DNA from: an uncultured Chloroflexia bacterium
Lineage (GTDB): Bacteria; Chloroflexota; Limnocylindria; QHBO01
Reading direction: 5' to 3'
Assembly: GCA_963814375.1 (NCBI GenBank)
Contig: CAWFCQ010000003.1
Span: forward strand, 1 to 64,000
Length of the DNA: 64,000 nucleotides
The translations under genes and the position numbers were made by a program. Below the pieces are notes generated by a model, which searched no databases, was not told where the DNA came from, and worked only from the letters and a program-made list of their open reading frames with translations. Shown here one piece after another: positions 42,877 to 52,014 of the stretch (position 1 is its first letter; each line of letters begins with the position of its first letter).

Positions 42877-44904
42877 TCAGCCCGCAAAGTGCGCGGCCAT
42901 CACCCGCCGCACGAGCGGCGCCGCATCCGAGCCTCCGGTGCCGAGCGGAATATTGGGCAGGATGGTGGCGACGCTGACGGTCGGATCGTCGGCAGGAGCG
43001 AATGCCGGGAACCAGGCATGCGGGTCTGGCCCGCCCGTTTCGGCGGTGCCGGACTTGCCGGCGACCGGGATCCCGAAGCCGGCGAAGGCAGCGGTGCCGG
43101 TGCCGTACGGGAGGGTGACGACGGCCTGGAGCGTATCGGTCACGAAGGCGAGGCTGGCGTCGTCCATCGGGATGTCGTTGGCGACCGTCGGGGCGACCTC
43201 CTCGACCAGGGTCCCGTCCGGCAGCCTGGCCGCGATCACGATGCGCGGCTTCCACAGCGTCCCGCCGTTGCCGATGGCGGCATAAGCGTTGGCCAGCTGG
43301 AGCGGGGTGCCCAGAAAGGCGCCCTGGCCGATGGCCAGCTGGACCTGCTCGAAGCCCGAGTATCCCCCACGGCCGTTCTCGCGCAGCCACGCGTCGTCCG
43401 GCACGATCCCGGTCTCCTCGATGAGGAAGCCGATGCCGGTCGGCGCGCCGAACCCGAAGTCCTTGAGCAGGTCGGTCAGCGCGGTCTCGTTCTGCTGGTA
43501 GACCTCGTAGGCCAGCGGCATGTAGGTCGTGTTGCAGCTGAAGGCCATCGACTCGCGCATCCCGACGGCGCCCGGCAGCGAGTGGTTCATGTAGTTGCGG
43601 AAGGTGAACCCGTTGTACGACCACGTCGGTGGGCAGGCGCGGGCGCTGGTCGGGGTGACCACGCCGGTCTGGAGCGCGACGGCCAGCGTGAACGGCTTGA
43701 ATGACGAGCCGGCCGGATAGGCGCCCAGCACCGCCTTGTTGAAGACCTGCGCCGGGCCGGCCGGGCTCAGCGGTACGCCGCCGTAGGTCGTGCCGGTCGT
43801 CATCGAGTTCGGGTTGAAGGCCGGCTGGCTGGCCAGGGCCCATACGTCGCCGCTGCGCGGGTCGATCACCGCGGTGGCGCCCTGCGGGTACGGGTCGAGC
43901 GCGACCTGGGCCGCCAGCTGCACGGAGGGGCGGATGGTGGTCGCGACATCGGCGCCGGGCACCATCTCGGTCTGGTACAGGACGGACTCGGCGCCGTCCT
44001 GACCGACGGCGACCAGCGTCCAGCCTGGAGTGCCGCGCAGCAGCTCCTCGGCGCCGAGCTCGAGGCCCGAGCGGCCGACGATGTCCCCGGCGCGATATCC
44101 ATCGGCCGCTAGCGTGGTGAGGTCCTCGGCCGTCACCTCACTGGCGTAGCCGATGACCTGGCCGGCGAGCGCCTCCTGCGGATAGACCCGCGCCCCGTCA
44201 TCGCGGGTCTCCGCCCACACGACCCCTCCCGCGCCGATGATCCGGCCGCGAGCGCCGAGCTGGCGGTCGAGTCGCAGGGTCCCGGCGGCGCCGAGCTCTG
44301 GGAAGAGGAGCTCGGGGCTCCAGCGCAGCACCCAGCCATCGGTGCCCTGGACGAGTGTCAGCGATCGTTCCAGGTCGAGGTCCCCGAACCGCGTCGAGCT
44401 GACGTCGATGTCGACCGGGATCGCCATCCCGGGCACGGGGCCGGCGAGCGGCTCGTTCGGATCGAGGCTGGGTGCGGGAGTTGGCGTCGGCGTGGCCGAG
44501 GGATCCGGTGTGGCCGATGGATCGGCGGATGGCACCGGCGTCGGCGACGGCGCGGGGAATGCCGGCGGCCTCGGTTCGGGGAGGAGCGCGATCGGCTCAG
44601 GGGAGCCGGCCGTGGCGGCGACCTCCTCGACCATCGCCATCTCCGCGAACGAGCTGTGGAGAGCGACGAACGCCTCCAGCGGATACCGCTCCTGGATGGC
44701 GGGGTCGACGGTCGCGTACATCGCCGCGTAGTTGCCCGCAGCCCAGGCATCCAGGTACTCGGCCGCGAGGCCCGCTGCCGCATCGGGGCCGGCGACCGGG
44801 AAGGTGGTGGGGACCGGCGTGGGCTCCGGGGTCGGCTCGAGGCTGCAGGCGCCAAGGACGAGCAGCAGCAGGGCTGCGAGGGCGCGCACGGCGAGGCGGC
44901 TCAT
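42877..44904 (-). CDS. Class B penicillin-binding transpeptidase with NTF2-like N-domain; lipoprotein
   Basis: Lipobox LGAC; SxxK (GSSFK), SxN (SCN) and KSG. Confidence 0.88.
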   Translation of the reverse strand: MSRLAVRALAALLLLVLGACSLEPTPEPTPVPTTFPVAGPDAAAGLAAEYLDAWAAGNYAAMYATVDPAIQERYPLEAFVALHSSFAEMAMVEEVAATAGSPEPIALLPEPRPPAFPAPSPTPVPSADPSATPDPSATPTPTPAPSLDPNEPLAGPVPGMAIPVDIDVSSTRFGDLDLERSLTLVQGTDGWVLRWSPELLFPELGAAGTLRLDRQLGARGRIIGAGGVVWAETRDDGARVYPQEALAGQVIGYASEVTAEDLTTLAADGYRAGDIVGRSGLELGAEELLRGTPGWTLVAVGQDGAESVLYQTEMVPGADVATTIRPSVQLAAQVALDPYPQGATAVIDPRSGDVWALASQPAFNPNSMTTGTTYGGVPLSPAGPAQVFNKAVLGAYPAGSSFKPFTLAVALQTGVVTPTSARACPPTWSYNGFTFRNYMNHSLPGAVGMRESMAFSCNTTYMPLAYEVYQQNETALTDLLKDFGFGAPTGIGFLIEETGIVPDDAWLRENGRGGYSGFEQVQLAIGQGAFLGTPLQLANAYAAIGNGGTLWKPRIVIAARLPDGTLVEEVAPTVANDIPMDDASLAFVTDTLQAVVTLPYGTGTAAFAGFGIPVAGKSGTAETGGPDPHAWFPAFAPADDPTVSVATILPNIPLGTGGSDAAPLVRRVMAAHFAG

Positions 44905-45620
44905 CGGGCGAGCGTCACCCGGCGGAATCCCTCGGCGGCCCGGTAGCCTGCCCGCTCACCGAGCTCCTCGCTGCGACGGCGAACCCAGCGTGCGATGTCG
45001 TCGAAGGAGCGGAACTGGCTCGCATGAAGGGCGAGCGCCGCGATCTTGCGGTCGAGCGTGGCGCCGATGTCGACCAGCTGGTTCGCCTCGTTCGTGCTCC
45101 ACAGGTAGAGCTCGGCCACCTTCCACGTCCCGAGGCCGGCGTCGAGGTGCTCGCGAAAGTTGAGCGGGTCGCGCGCCGTCGGAAAGACGGCGTCGACGGT
45201 TGCCTGGCCGACCGCCCGGTGATCGGGATGGTTGACCCACTCGTTGTTGACGAAGAGCACCGTCGGGTCATGCGTCATGACGATCTCGGGCCGCTCGGCT
45301 CGGATCGCACGCGTGATGCGCTCGCGCAGCGCCAGCGACGGCTCGACCTGCCCATCGGGCTCGTCCAGGAACTCGACGCCCTCGACGCCGAGCTCGGCCG
45401 CCGCGGCGCGCTGCTCGCGCTCCCGGACCTCGACCAGGGCCACGGGGTCGGCCGCGGGATCGTCGCTGCCCTTGTCGCCCCGGGTTGCGAGGAGGTAGCG
45501 CACCGAGGCGCCCTCGCCGACCCAGCGGGCGACGGTGCCGCCGGCGCCGAACTCGATATCGTCGGGATGAGCGGCCACCACGAGCACCCGCAGCGGCGTC
45601 GGCAGGCCGTCCTCAGGCAT
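44901..45620 (-). CDS. PIG-L/LmbE family deacetylase
   Basis: AHPDDIE, TRGDKG, REREQ, NHPDH and HASQ. Confidence 0.9.
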   Translation of the reverse strand: MPEDGLPTPLRVLVVAAHPDDIEFGAGGTVARWVGEGASVRYLLATRGDKGSDDPAADPVALVEVREREQRAAAAELGVEGVEFLDEPDGQVEPSLALRERITRAIRAERPEIVMTHDPTVLFVNNEWVNHPDHRAVGQATVDAVFPTARDPLNFREHLDAGLGTWKVAELYLWSTNEANQLVDIGATLDRKIAALALHASQFRSFDDIARWVRRRSEELGERAGYRAAEGFRRVTLAR

Positions 45621-45847
45621 CGGCCTCGCGCCGGGGGCATGCCACGTCAGCCGCACCGCGGCCGGGAAGGCTGTTGTCGGGGAAGAGAAGAAGGCATGCC
45701 ACGGCCCGCCAAGCGTAGCCGATGAGCGTCATCGCCCACCGACGGCCCGGCGGGCCGGTCGGATGCGTCTTCAATGCGCCGGCTCGGTCGCCTCCCCCCG
45801 CACGATCACGCGGATCGCGATCACGACCGAGACCGGCACAGCCACCG

Positions 45848-45994
45848 TCAGACGGAGCGTCGTCCGGTGAGGAGTTGGTAGACGAGCACGACGGCCGCGA
45901 CTACCAGCAGCAGGTAAATCAAGTTCCCGCCGATCCCGCCGATCAGGCCGAGCAGCCAGAGAACCAGCAGGATCACGATGATCGTCCAGAGCAT
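45848..45994 (-). CDS. lmo0937/DUF5670-like small membrane protein
   Basis: MLWTIIVILLVLWLLGLIGGIGGNLIYLLLVVA...TGRRSV; GAGGTG RBS. Confidence 0.85.
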   Translation of the reverse strand: MLWTIIVILLVLWLLGLIGGIGGNLIYLLLVVAAVVLVYQLLTGRRSV

Positions 45995-46086
45995 CGAGTT
46001 CACCTCAATCCTTCGATATCCCTCCTGCAGGACTCGGTCCCGCGCGAAGGGATATCGCAGGTTGCGTGCCAGCGCGGCGAGGTCGC

Positions 46087-46233
46087 TCAGCTCGTCCGGC
46101 GGCGCTCCTCGATGACCTGCACCACCAGCAGCACCGTGGCCAGCAGGAGGAGGAGGTTGATCCACTGCCCGGCTCGCAGGAGGAGGCCGGTGAGCCACGC
46201 GACGAGCGAGATGGCGATCGCGACCCAGATCAT
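46087..46233 (-). CDS. 48-aa membrane protein resembling the lmo0937-like neighbour
   Basis: MIWVAIAISLVAWLTGLLLRAGQWINLLLLLATVLLVVQVIEERRRTS*; ATGA overlap with the upstream ORF. Confidence 0.65.
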   Translation of the reverse strand: MIWVAIAISLVAWLTGLLLRAGQWINLLLLLATVLLVVQVIEERRRTS

Positions 46234-46340
46234 GGGACCGGGTCGAGCAGCGTGACGAAGGCGAGGACACCGAGCACCACGAGGAGCAGGACCGAGGCGA
46301 CGATGATGCTGCCTGCGGCGATCTCCCGGCCGTCCTTCAT
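46230..46340 (-). CDS. 36-aa single-TM protein
   Basis: MKDGREIAAGSIIVASVLLLVVLGVLAFVTLLDPVP*; ATGA overlaps at both ends. Confidence 0.6.
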   Translation of the reverse strand: MKDGREIAAGSIIVASVLLLVVLGVLAFVTLLDPVP

Positions 46341-46801
46341 GCCGCGAGGGCGTCCATCAGCTGGTCCACGTGCTCAGCTGGCTTGACCTGTGCGAGGACC
46401 TGCTCGATGGCGCCGTCAGGCCCGACGACGAAGGTGCTGCGCTCGATGCCCATCCAGGTCCGTCCGGCCGAGCTCTTCTCGACCCACACGCCATACGCGT
46501 CCGCCAGCCGGTGACCCTCATCGGCAAGGAGCGGGTACGGCAGGCCGTACTTGGCCCGGAACTTCGCGTGGCTGGCGACGGAGTCGGCCGAGACGCCGAA
46601 TAGGGTGACGCCGGTCTCGGTGACTCGCGACCAGCTGTCGCGCAGGCCGCACGCCTGGGTGGTGCAGCCGGGCGTGTCGTCCTTCGGGTAGAAGTAGAGG
46701 ACGTATCGAGTGCCTGCCAGGGAGTCGCTCGAGACGACCGTCCCCTCGTCGGTGCTCAGCTCGAAGGCCGGAGCAGGGTCGCCGGCGCGCAATCTGGTCA
46801 C
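46337..46801 (-). CDS. bcp: Peroxiredoxin Bcp/PrxQ
   Basis: YFYPKDDTPGCTTQAC and ERSTFVV. Confidence 0.93.
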   Translation of the reverse strand: MTRLRAGDPAPAFELSTDEGTVVSSDSLAGTRYVLYFYPKDDTPGCTTQACGLRDSWSRVTETGVTLFGVSADSVASHAKFRAKYGLPYPLLADEGHRLADAYGVWVEKSSAGRTWMGIERSTFVVGPDGAIEQVLAQVKPAEHVDQLMDALAA

Positions 46802-46810
46802 GTGCGGAGT

Positions 46811-47776
46811 CTAGCCATCGGCGCCCATCTGTTCGATGGCCACGAGGACCGGCGGCAGGTCGCGGGACTCCATGCGGTCCGCGAGCCCGCCGGCAATGGC
46901 ACCGATGCGCTCATCGGCCGCCTCTTCCAGGTCATGCCCGGCGCCCTCGACCAGGATGACGGTGGGCTCGATCCCAGCCTCGGACAGCACCGACCGGAGC
47001 AGGCGCGATTCGTCGGGGTCGACCCACGCGTCCGCCGTGCCGTGCGCGATGACGACATTGCGGTGGAGCATCGTCGCCAGTGCCAGCCCGGGCGTGTGGA
47101 AGCCCTGCTCCCAGGCGGCGAGCGAAAGCTCGACCGTCTCGCCCCCGACCCGCAGCGGCATCGAGCTGTCGCGCCGCTGGGCACGTTCGATCAGATCCTC
47201 CGCCGCGCGGTCGAGGCTCTCGACGATCGGGTGCTGGCGGTCGACGCCGCTGCGTTCGCGCTCGGCGACCCCGCGACGGAGGACGTCTCGCAGCGAGCGG
47301 GCAGGCGCGCCGACGAGTGCCACGGCTCCGATGGCCGGATCGCTGATCGCGACGCTGATGGCAATCGGGCCGCCCTCGCCATGGCCGACGATCGCGAGCC
47401 GCCTGAGGTCGAGCTCGCGCCTCGACCGCATCGCGCCGATGGCGTCGCGCGCGTCGTCGATGCGAGTGAACAGGTCGGTCGCCTCCCACGCCCCGTCGGA
47501 GGAGCCGCAGCCGCGCGGGTCGTAGCGGAGGCTTGCCACCCCGCGCGCGGCGAGGGCATCGGCCAGGCGGCGGAAGAGACCGTCGGGCCCATCGAGAGGT
47601 GGATCGGCGAACCAGCGAGGGTGGCCGTCGCGGTCCCAGCCGCCGTCGCGGTCGCGCGGCAGCCAGCTCGGGACCAGCAGCGCCCACGGCAACCGACCGC
47701 TGCCATCGGGCAGGGTGAGGGTTCCGGCCAGCGATGCGTCGCCGGCGCGGAAGCGGAGGTCCTCGGAGCGCGGCAT
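46811..47776 (-). CDS. Alpha/beta-hydrolase fold protein with Gly at the nucleophile position
   Basis: LAGTLTLP, SLRYDPRGCGSS, VGHGEGG, HGTAD and GAGH. Confidence 0.8.
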   Translation of the reverse strand: MPRSEDLRFRAGDASLAGTLTLPDGSGRLPWALLVPSWLPRDRDGGWDRDGHPRWFADPPLDGPDGLFRRLADALAARGVASLRYDPRGCGSSDGAWEATDLFTRIDDARDAIGAMRSRRELDLRRLAIVGHGEGGPIAISVAISDPAIGAVALVGAPARSLRDVLRRGVAERERSGVDRQHPIVESLDRAAEDLIERAQRRDSSMPLRVGGETVELSLAAWEQGFHTPGLALATMLHRNVVIAHGTADAWVDPDESRLLRSVLSEAGIEPTVILVEGAGHDLEEAADERIGAIAGGLADRMESRDLPPVLVAIEQMGADG

Positions 47777-47796
47777 CGTCCCGATGGTACCCGCGG

Positions 47797-48600
47797 TCAA
47801 CCGAGCAGCGACCTCCACGTTCCCAGCGCGAGGCTGATCCCGACGGCCAGCGCCGAGAGGGCGAACGCGCCCGCGATCCAGCCCCAGTCGGCGGTGCGCA
47901 TACGTTGAAGCCGCGCCGAGGTCCGGCAGGGCTGCGCGCCGAATCCCCTGGCCTCCATGGCCTGCGAGATGCGCGTTGCCCGGCGGATGGCACCCACCAG
48001 CAGCGCCAGGAGGCGTCCGGCGAACAGGCCCACCGCGACGATCGGGTTGCGACCCGCGTCGACTCCGCGGGCGCGTCGCGCCAGGCCGATCGTCTGCCAC
48101 TCCGCCCCCATCAGCGGCAGCAGGCGGAACGCCGCCAGCGCCCCGATCGCGAAGCGCGGCGAGACGCGCAGCTGCTGGGTGAGAGAGTCGGCGAGGTCGG
48201 TCGGCTGGGTCGTGAGGGTGGCCAGCAGGCCGGCCATTGCAATCGCCAGCAGCCGGATCACCAGGCCAACCCCGTTCAGCAGCGTCTCGGCACCGACCTG
48301 GAGCGGGCCGATGCTCAGGATGATCGGCCCGTGCTGCTCGGCTGCGAAGAGGACGTTGAAGAGCCCAATCGAGATGGCGGCCAGCCCGATCAGCCATGCC
48401 CGGCCCACGAGGGTCCGCGGGCTGAGCCCGCTGAAGGCGACCAGGACCACCAGCGCGGCAAGGATGACGAGGGCGGTGACTCCGTCCAGCGAGACGAACA
48501 GCGTGATGAGCAGCACCACCGCGGCACCGATCTTGGCCACGGGGTTGGCGCGCGGCAGCGGGGCATCGGGAGCGGGCGTCAGCGGCTCGAGCAACCGCAT
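47797..48600 (-). CDS. ykoC: ECF transporter T component (YkoC-like)
   Basis: ANPVAK, DLADSL, ARRARG and AMEARGF. Confidence 0.85.
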   Translation of the reverse strand: MRLLEPLTPAPDAPLPRANPVAKIGAAVVLLITLFVSLDGVTALVILAALVVLVAFSGLSPRTLVGRAWLIGLAAISIGLFNVLFAAEQHGPIILSIGPLQVGAETLLNGVGLVIRLLAIAMAGLLATLTTQPTDLADSLTQQLRVSPRFAIGALAAFRLLPLMGAEWQTIGLARRARGVDAGRNPIVAVGLFAGRLLALLVGAIRRATRISQAMEARGFGAQPCRTSARLQRMRTADWGWIAGAFALSALAVGISLALGTWRSLLG

Positions 48601-50060
48601 CAGCGCCGTCCGCCCAGCGTGATGGTGCGATCTGCGAGTGCGTGTGCGAACGCACGATCGTGGGTGACGAAGCAGATGCCTCTCCCCGCGTCACGCATCG
48701 CGGCCAGCAGACCGAGCAGCTCGGCCCAGGTGCGCCGGTCCTGGCCGAAGGTCGGCTCGTCGAGAATGAGGAGTGCCGGGGCGGTGGCCAGCGCGGTCGC
48801 CACCGAGAGCCTCCGTTTCTCACCGCCGGAGAGCGTGAACGGGTTCGCCTTCGCCAGGCGCTGAAGGCCGAGCCGCTCGAGCAGCTCGTCGGCGCGCCGA
48901 GCCGCGGCGGCCCCGTCGAGCCCGGTTCGTCGCGGACCCAGCAGCAGCTCGTCACGGACCGATCCGGTCAGGAACTGGTGCTCCGGGTCCTGGAACACGG
49001 TCCCGATGTGCCGGGCGAGATCTCGTGCCGGCCAGCGGGCGATCGGCTCGTGCCCGTGGCCCGCCGCGAGCGCCTCCCCGGCCACCACGATCCCGGTGCG
49101 CGGGCTGACGAGCCCCGCCAGCATCAAGGCGAGGGTCGACTTGCCACTCCCGTTTGGGCCAACGATGGCGAGCGCCTCGGACGAGCGGACCGCGAGGTCT
49201 ACCGGGCCGACCGCATCGAGGACCGTACCGGGGTAGCGGAATGTGGCCAGCTCGGCCAGCACCAGGGTCTCAGACGGCGGTCGATCTCGAGGCGAGGGGG
49301 CGGCCGGCGGGCGGTCAGGCACCCAGACCCCGGCCTCGGCGAGCTCCGTGCCGCGCTCGCGAAACACGGTCCCCGGCGGGCCGTCGGCGACGACGCGACC
49401 CGCCTCGAGGACGATGACGCGGTTGACCAGGCCGGCCGCCTCCTCGACGCGGTGCTCGACCAGCAGCAGAGTCGCGCCGGTACGGGCGAGGACGCGATCG
49501 AGCACCTCGCGTACCTCGGCCGCGTTCTCCGGATCGAGGTTCGCGGTCGGCTCGTCGAGCATCAGCAGACCCGGCCGCAGGGCCAGGGTCCCCGCGAGCG
49601 CGAGCCGCTGCTGCTCGCCACCGGAGAGCGCGCTCGTCGAGCGATCGCGGTCGTACGGGAACTCGACGGCCGCCAGCGCGGCGTCGACCCGGCTCCAGAT
49701 CGACTCGGTCGGGACGCATCGGTTCTCGAGCCCGAAGGCGACGTCGTCGCCGGCGCGTCCCATGATGATCTGCGCCTCGGGGTCCTGGAACAGCAGCCCG
49801 GTGCGGTCCCGCGCGGCTCGCGGCTCGAGGCCGTCCACGAGGAGACGCCCCTCGACCTCCGCGCCGCCGCCCGGGTCGATCAACCCGGCGAGCGCCGCCA
49901 GGAGCGTCGATTTGCCCGACCCGGACGGACCGAGCAGCAGGACGCGCTCGCCTGGCCCGATCGCGAAGTCGACGCCGCGCAGCGCCCAGTCTCGGCGTCC
50001 GGCGTGGCGCAGCCCCCAACCGCGTGCGTCGATCGCCGCCGGCCGCGCCGCCTCTACCAC
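48600..50060 (-). CDS. ykoD: ECF transporter double ATPase (YkoD-like; start approximate)
   Basis: Two ABC domains: GPSGSGKST/LSGGEQQR and GPNGSGKST/LSGGEKRR. Confidence 0.88.
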   Translation of the reverse strand: MVEAARPAAIDARGWGLRHAGRRDWALRGVDFAIGPGERVLLLGPSGSGKSTLLAALAGLIDPGGGAEVEGRLLVDGLEPRAARDRTGLLFQDPEAQIIMGRAGDDVAFGLENRCVPTESIWSRVDAALAAVEFPYDRDRSTSALSGGEQQRLALAGTLALRPGLLMLDEPTANLDPENAAEVREVLDRVLARTGATLLLVEHRVEEAAGLVNRVIVLEAGRVVADGPPGTVFRERGTELAEAGVWVPDRPPAAPSPRDRPPSETLVLAELATFRYPGTVLDAVGPVDLAVRSSEALAIVGPNGSGKSTLALMLAGLVSPRTGIVVAGEALAAGHGHEPIARWPARDLARHIGTVFQDPEHQFLTGSVRDELLLGPRRTGLDGAAAARRADELLERLGLQRLAKANPFTLSGGEKRRLSVATALATAPALLILDEPTFGQDRRTWAELLGLLAAMRDAGRGICFVTHDRAFAHALADRTITLGGRR

Positions 50061-50083
50061 CGCGGCATTGTCGGGCGTGGGCG

Positions 50084-50683
50084 TCAGACCTCGCGCTGCC
50101 CGCGGCCGGCCGCAAAGTCGGCCAGTACCCCGGTGGCAACGAGGGCGCGAAGCAGGAGCCACGAGCCGACGCCGGCGATCAGCACGCCGCTGATCACCAG
50201 GGCCACCGTGAAGATGATCCAGAAGTCGACACTCGTCTCCGGGTAGTAGGCCACGATGAAGAGGTCGTGGATGGCGGCCCCGAGCGCCGACAGCGCCGCC
50301 GCCAGGACGGCGAACGGCAGATTCCAGAACCGGTAGAAACCGATGGCGAAACCGAGCTCCGCGCCACCGCCCTGGATCGCTCCGGAGACCACGGTATCGA
50401 TGCCCCAGGTCGAGCCGACCAGGGCCGAGACGATCGCCGATACGAGGCCGCCGAACAGCGCGGCGCCCGGGCGTCGCACGATCAGGCCGACGAGGACGCC
50501 TGGCACGAGCCAGACGCCGTAGATGATCGCCTGGGCCGGCGGCAAGGCGACGAAGAGGGGCGTGGTCGCCGCCCAGAGTGCGTTCCACGCCACGAAGACG
50601 AGGCCGAAGGCGACGGCCACGACGGCGGCGACGACGATGTCGACCGTGCGCCAGCGGCGCTGGTCGTCGACGCTGACGGTCAT
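50084..50683 (-). CDS. ykoE: ECF S component for thiamine/HMP (YkoE)
   Basis: WRTVDIVVAAVV, RRPGAA, IQGGGAEL and ALVATGVL; under a TPP riboswitch. Confidence 0.9.
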   Translation of the reverse strand: MTVSVDDQRRWRTVDIVVAAVVAVAFGLVFVAWNALWAATTPLFVALPPAQAIIYGVWLVPGVLVGLIVRRPGAALFGGLVSAIVSALVGSTWGIDTVVSGAIQGGGAELGFAIGFYRFWNLPFAVLAAALSALGAAIHDLFIVAYYPETSVDFWIIFTVALVISGVLIAGVGSWLLLRALVATGVLADFAAGRGQREV

Positions 50684-51334
50684 GCCGGTTCTCCTTCGCT
50701 GCGGGTCTCGACGACGAGGATGGCACCCCGCTCCAGGCTGACGGCGGGCTCCGATCCGACGATCTCGTTGCTGAGGCCGCGCGATCGCCCGAGCCGGAGG
50801 GTCGCCCGATCCAGCGGCCAGCGAAGGTCATCGGTCGAGACTCCCTCCGCGTCGCCGCCTACCGGCAGCAGGCTGATGAGGTCGCCACGCCGACCGGCGA
50901 GTGCCACGCGCTCGCCACCGCGCACGACTCTGACCGAACCTCGGCCGCGGACCAGCCGCACGTCGCGGCCGGCGAGCGCCGGATCCGCGAGCAGCAGCAG
51001 GTTCGCGAGCTCGTGGTCGAGCCGCTCGCCACCGGTGGCGCCCAGCAGGGCGACCTCGGTCGCGCCGGCCTCGAGGGCGGCGGCGACGGCGAGCTCCGTG
51101 TCCGAAGCCTCCTTGTCGACGGGGTGCCGTACCACCCTGGTGCCGGCTTCCGCGAGCCGCTTGACGAGCTCCCCGATCCGTCGAATCGAGGTCTCCGACG
51201 AGGTGGTCGGGACGGAGCCCCAGCCGATCGAGCGCGGCCGCACCGCCATCGGCGGCGATGACGAGATCCGCGTTCGAAACGGCGTCGACATCGTCGAGCG
51301 CCAGCTCGCCGGACGCCACCACCACCACCTTCAT
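50680..51334 (-). CDS. thiN: Thiamine pyrophosphokinase (frameshift ~51172)
   Basis: IAADGG, VGDLDS, DKEASDTELA, GATGGERLDHELAN and GLSNE. Confidence 0.9.
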
Positions 51335-51372
51335 CGGTCCACCTCGTGGGGCGCGCCGCGGTGCGGCTGCAT

Positions 51373-51463
51373 CGACTTCCTTCGCCGGCATGACCCGGAT
51401 CAGGTTCGAGGGTCTGCGACGCATCGGCGTCGCACTCTCAGCGCGGTCGCGCTCCCCTGTCGT
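51373..51463 (-). ncRNA. TPP riboswitch
   Basis: Minus strand reads aggggagc..gctgagag..agaccctcgaacctgatccgggtcatgccggcgaaggaag upstream of thiN-ykoEDC; TAGGCT -10 at 51482-51487. Confidence 0.95.
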
Positions 51464-51509
51464 CTTTGGGATTGTGCCCTCAGCCTAGCACCGGCCCTAT
51501 GATCGGTCG

Positions 51510-51989
51510 ATGCACCCCAACGTCGCGCGCGTGCTGGCCGCCGCGCGCGAGGCCGGCCTCGAGATCGAGGTGGAGCGCTTCCCCGAGGGCACCCGAACCG
51601 CCGTTGACGCGGCCCGCGCGGTCGGCTGTGAGGTCGGCCAGATCGTGAAGTCGCTCGTCTTCGTGGCCGATTCGAGCCCGGTGCTGGCCCTCGTCTCGGG
51701 CGCCAACCGGGTCGACCCGGCAGCGCTGGCGACGGCGGTTGGCGCAGAGCGGGCACGACGCGCCGACGGTGACGAGGCTCGCGCGGCGACCGGGTTCGCC
51801 ATCGGCGGCGTTCCGCCGTTCGGGCAGGAGCACGCGATCCCGGTCGTCGTGGACCGCGACCTCCTCGCGCACGATCGAGTCTGGGCGGCTGCGGGGCTGC
51901 CCGACGCGGTCTTCGCCATCGCGCCGGCCGATCTGGTCCGTGCCAGCCGCGGAGTGGTCGCCGACGTCGCGGCGGCCAACCTTCCCTGA
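51510..51989 (+). CDS. YbaK/EbsC aminoacyl-tRNA editing family protein
   Basis: QIVKSLVF, TGFAIGGVPPFG and VWAAAG. Confidence 0.9.
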   Translation: MHPNVARVLAAAREAGLEIEVERFPEGTRTAVDAARAVGCEVGQIVKSLVFVADSSPVLALVSGANRVDPAALATAVGAERARRADGDEARAATGFAIGGVPPFGQEHAIPVVVDRDLLAHDRVWAAAGLPDAVFAIAPADLVRASRGVVADVAAANLP

Positions 51990-52014
51990 TGGGCGAGCGT
52001 TCGCCCGCTGCCGC

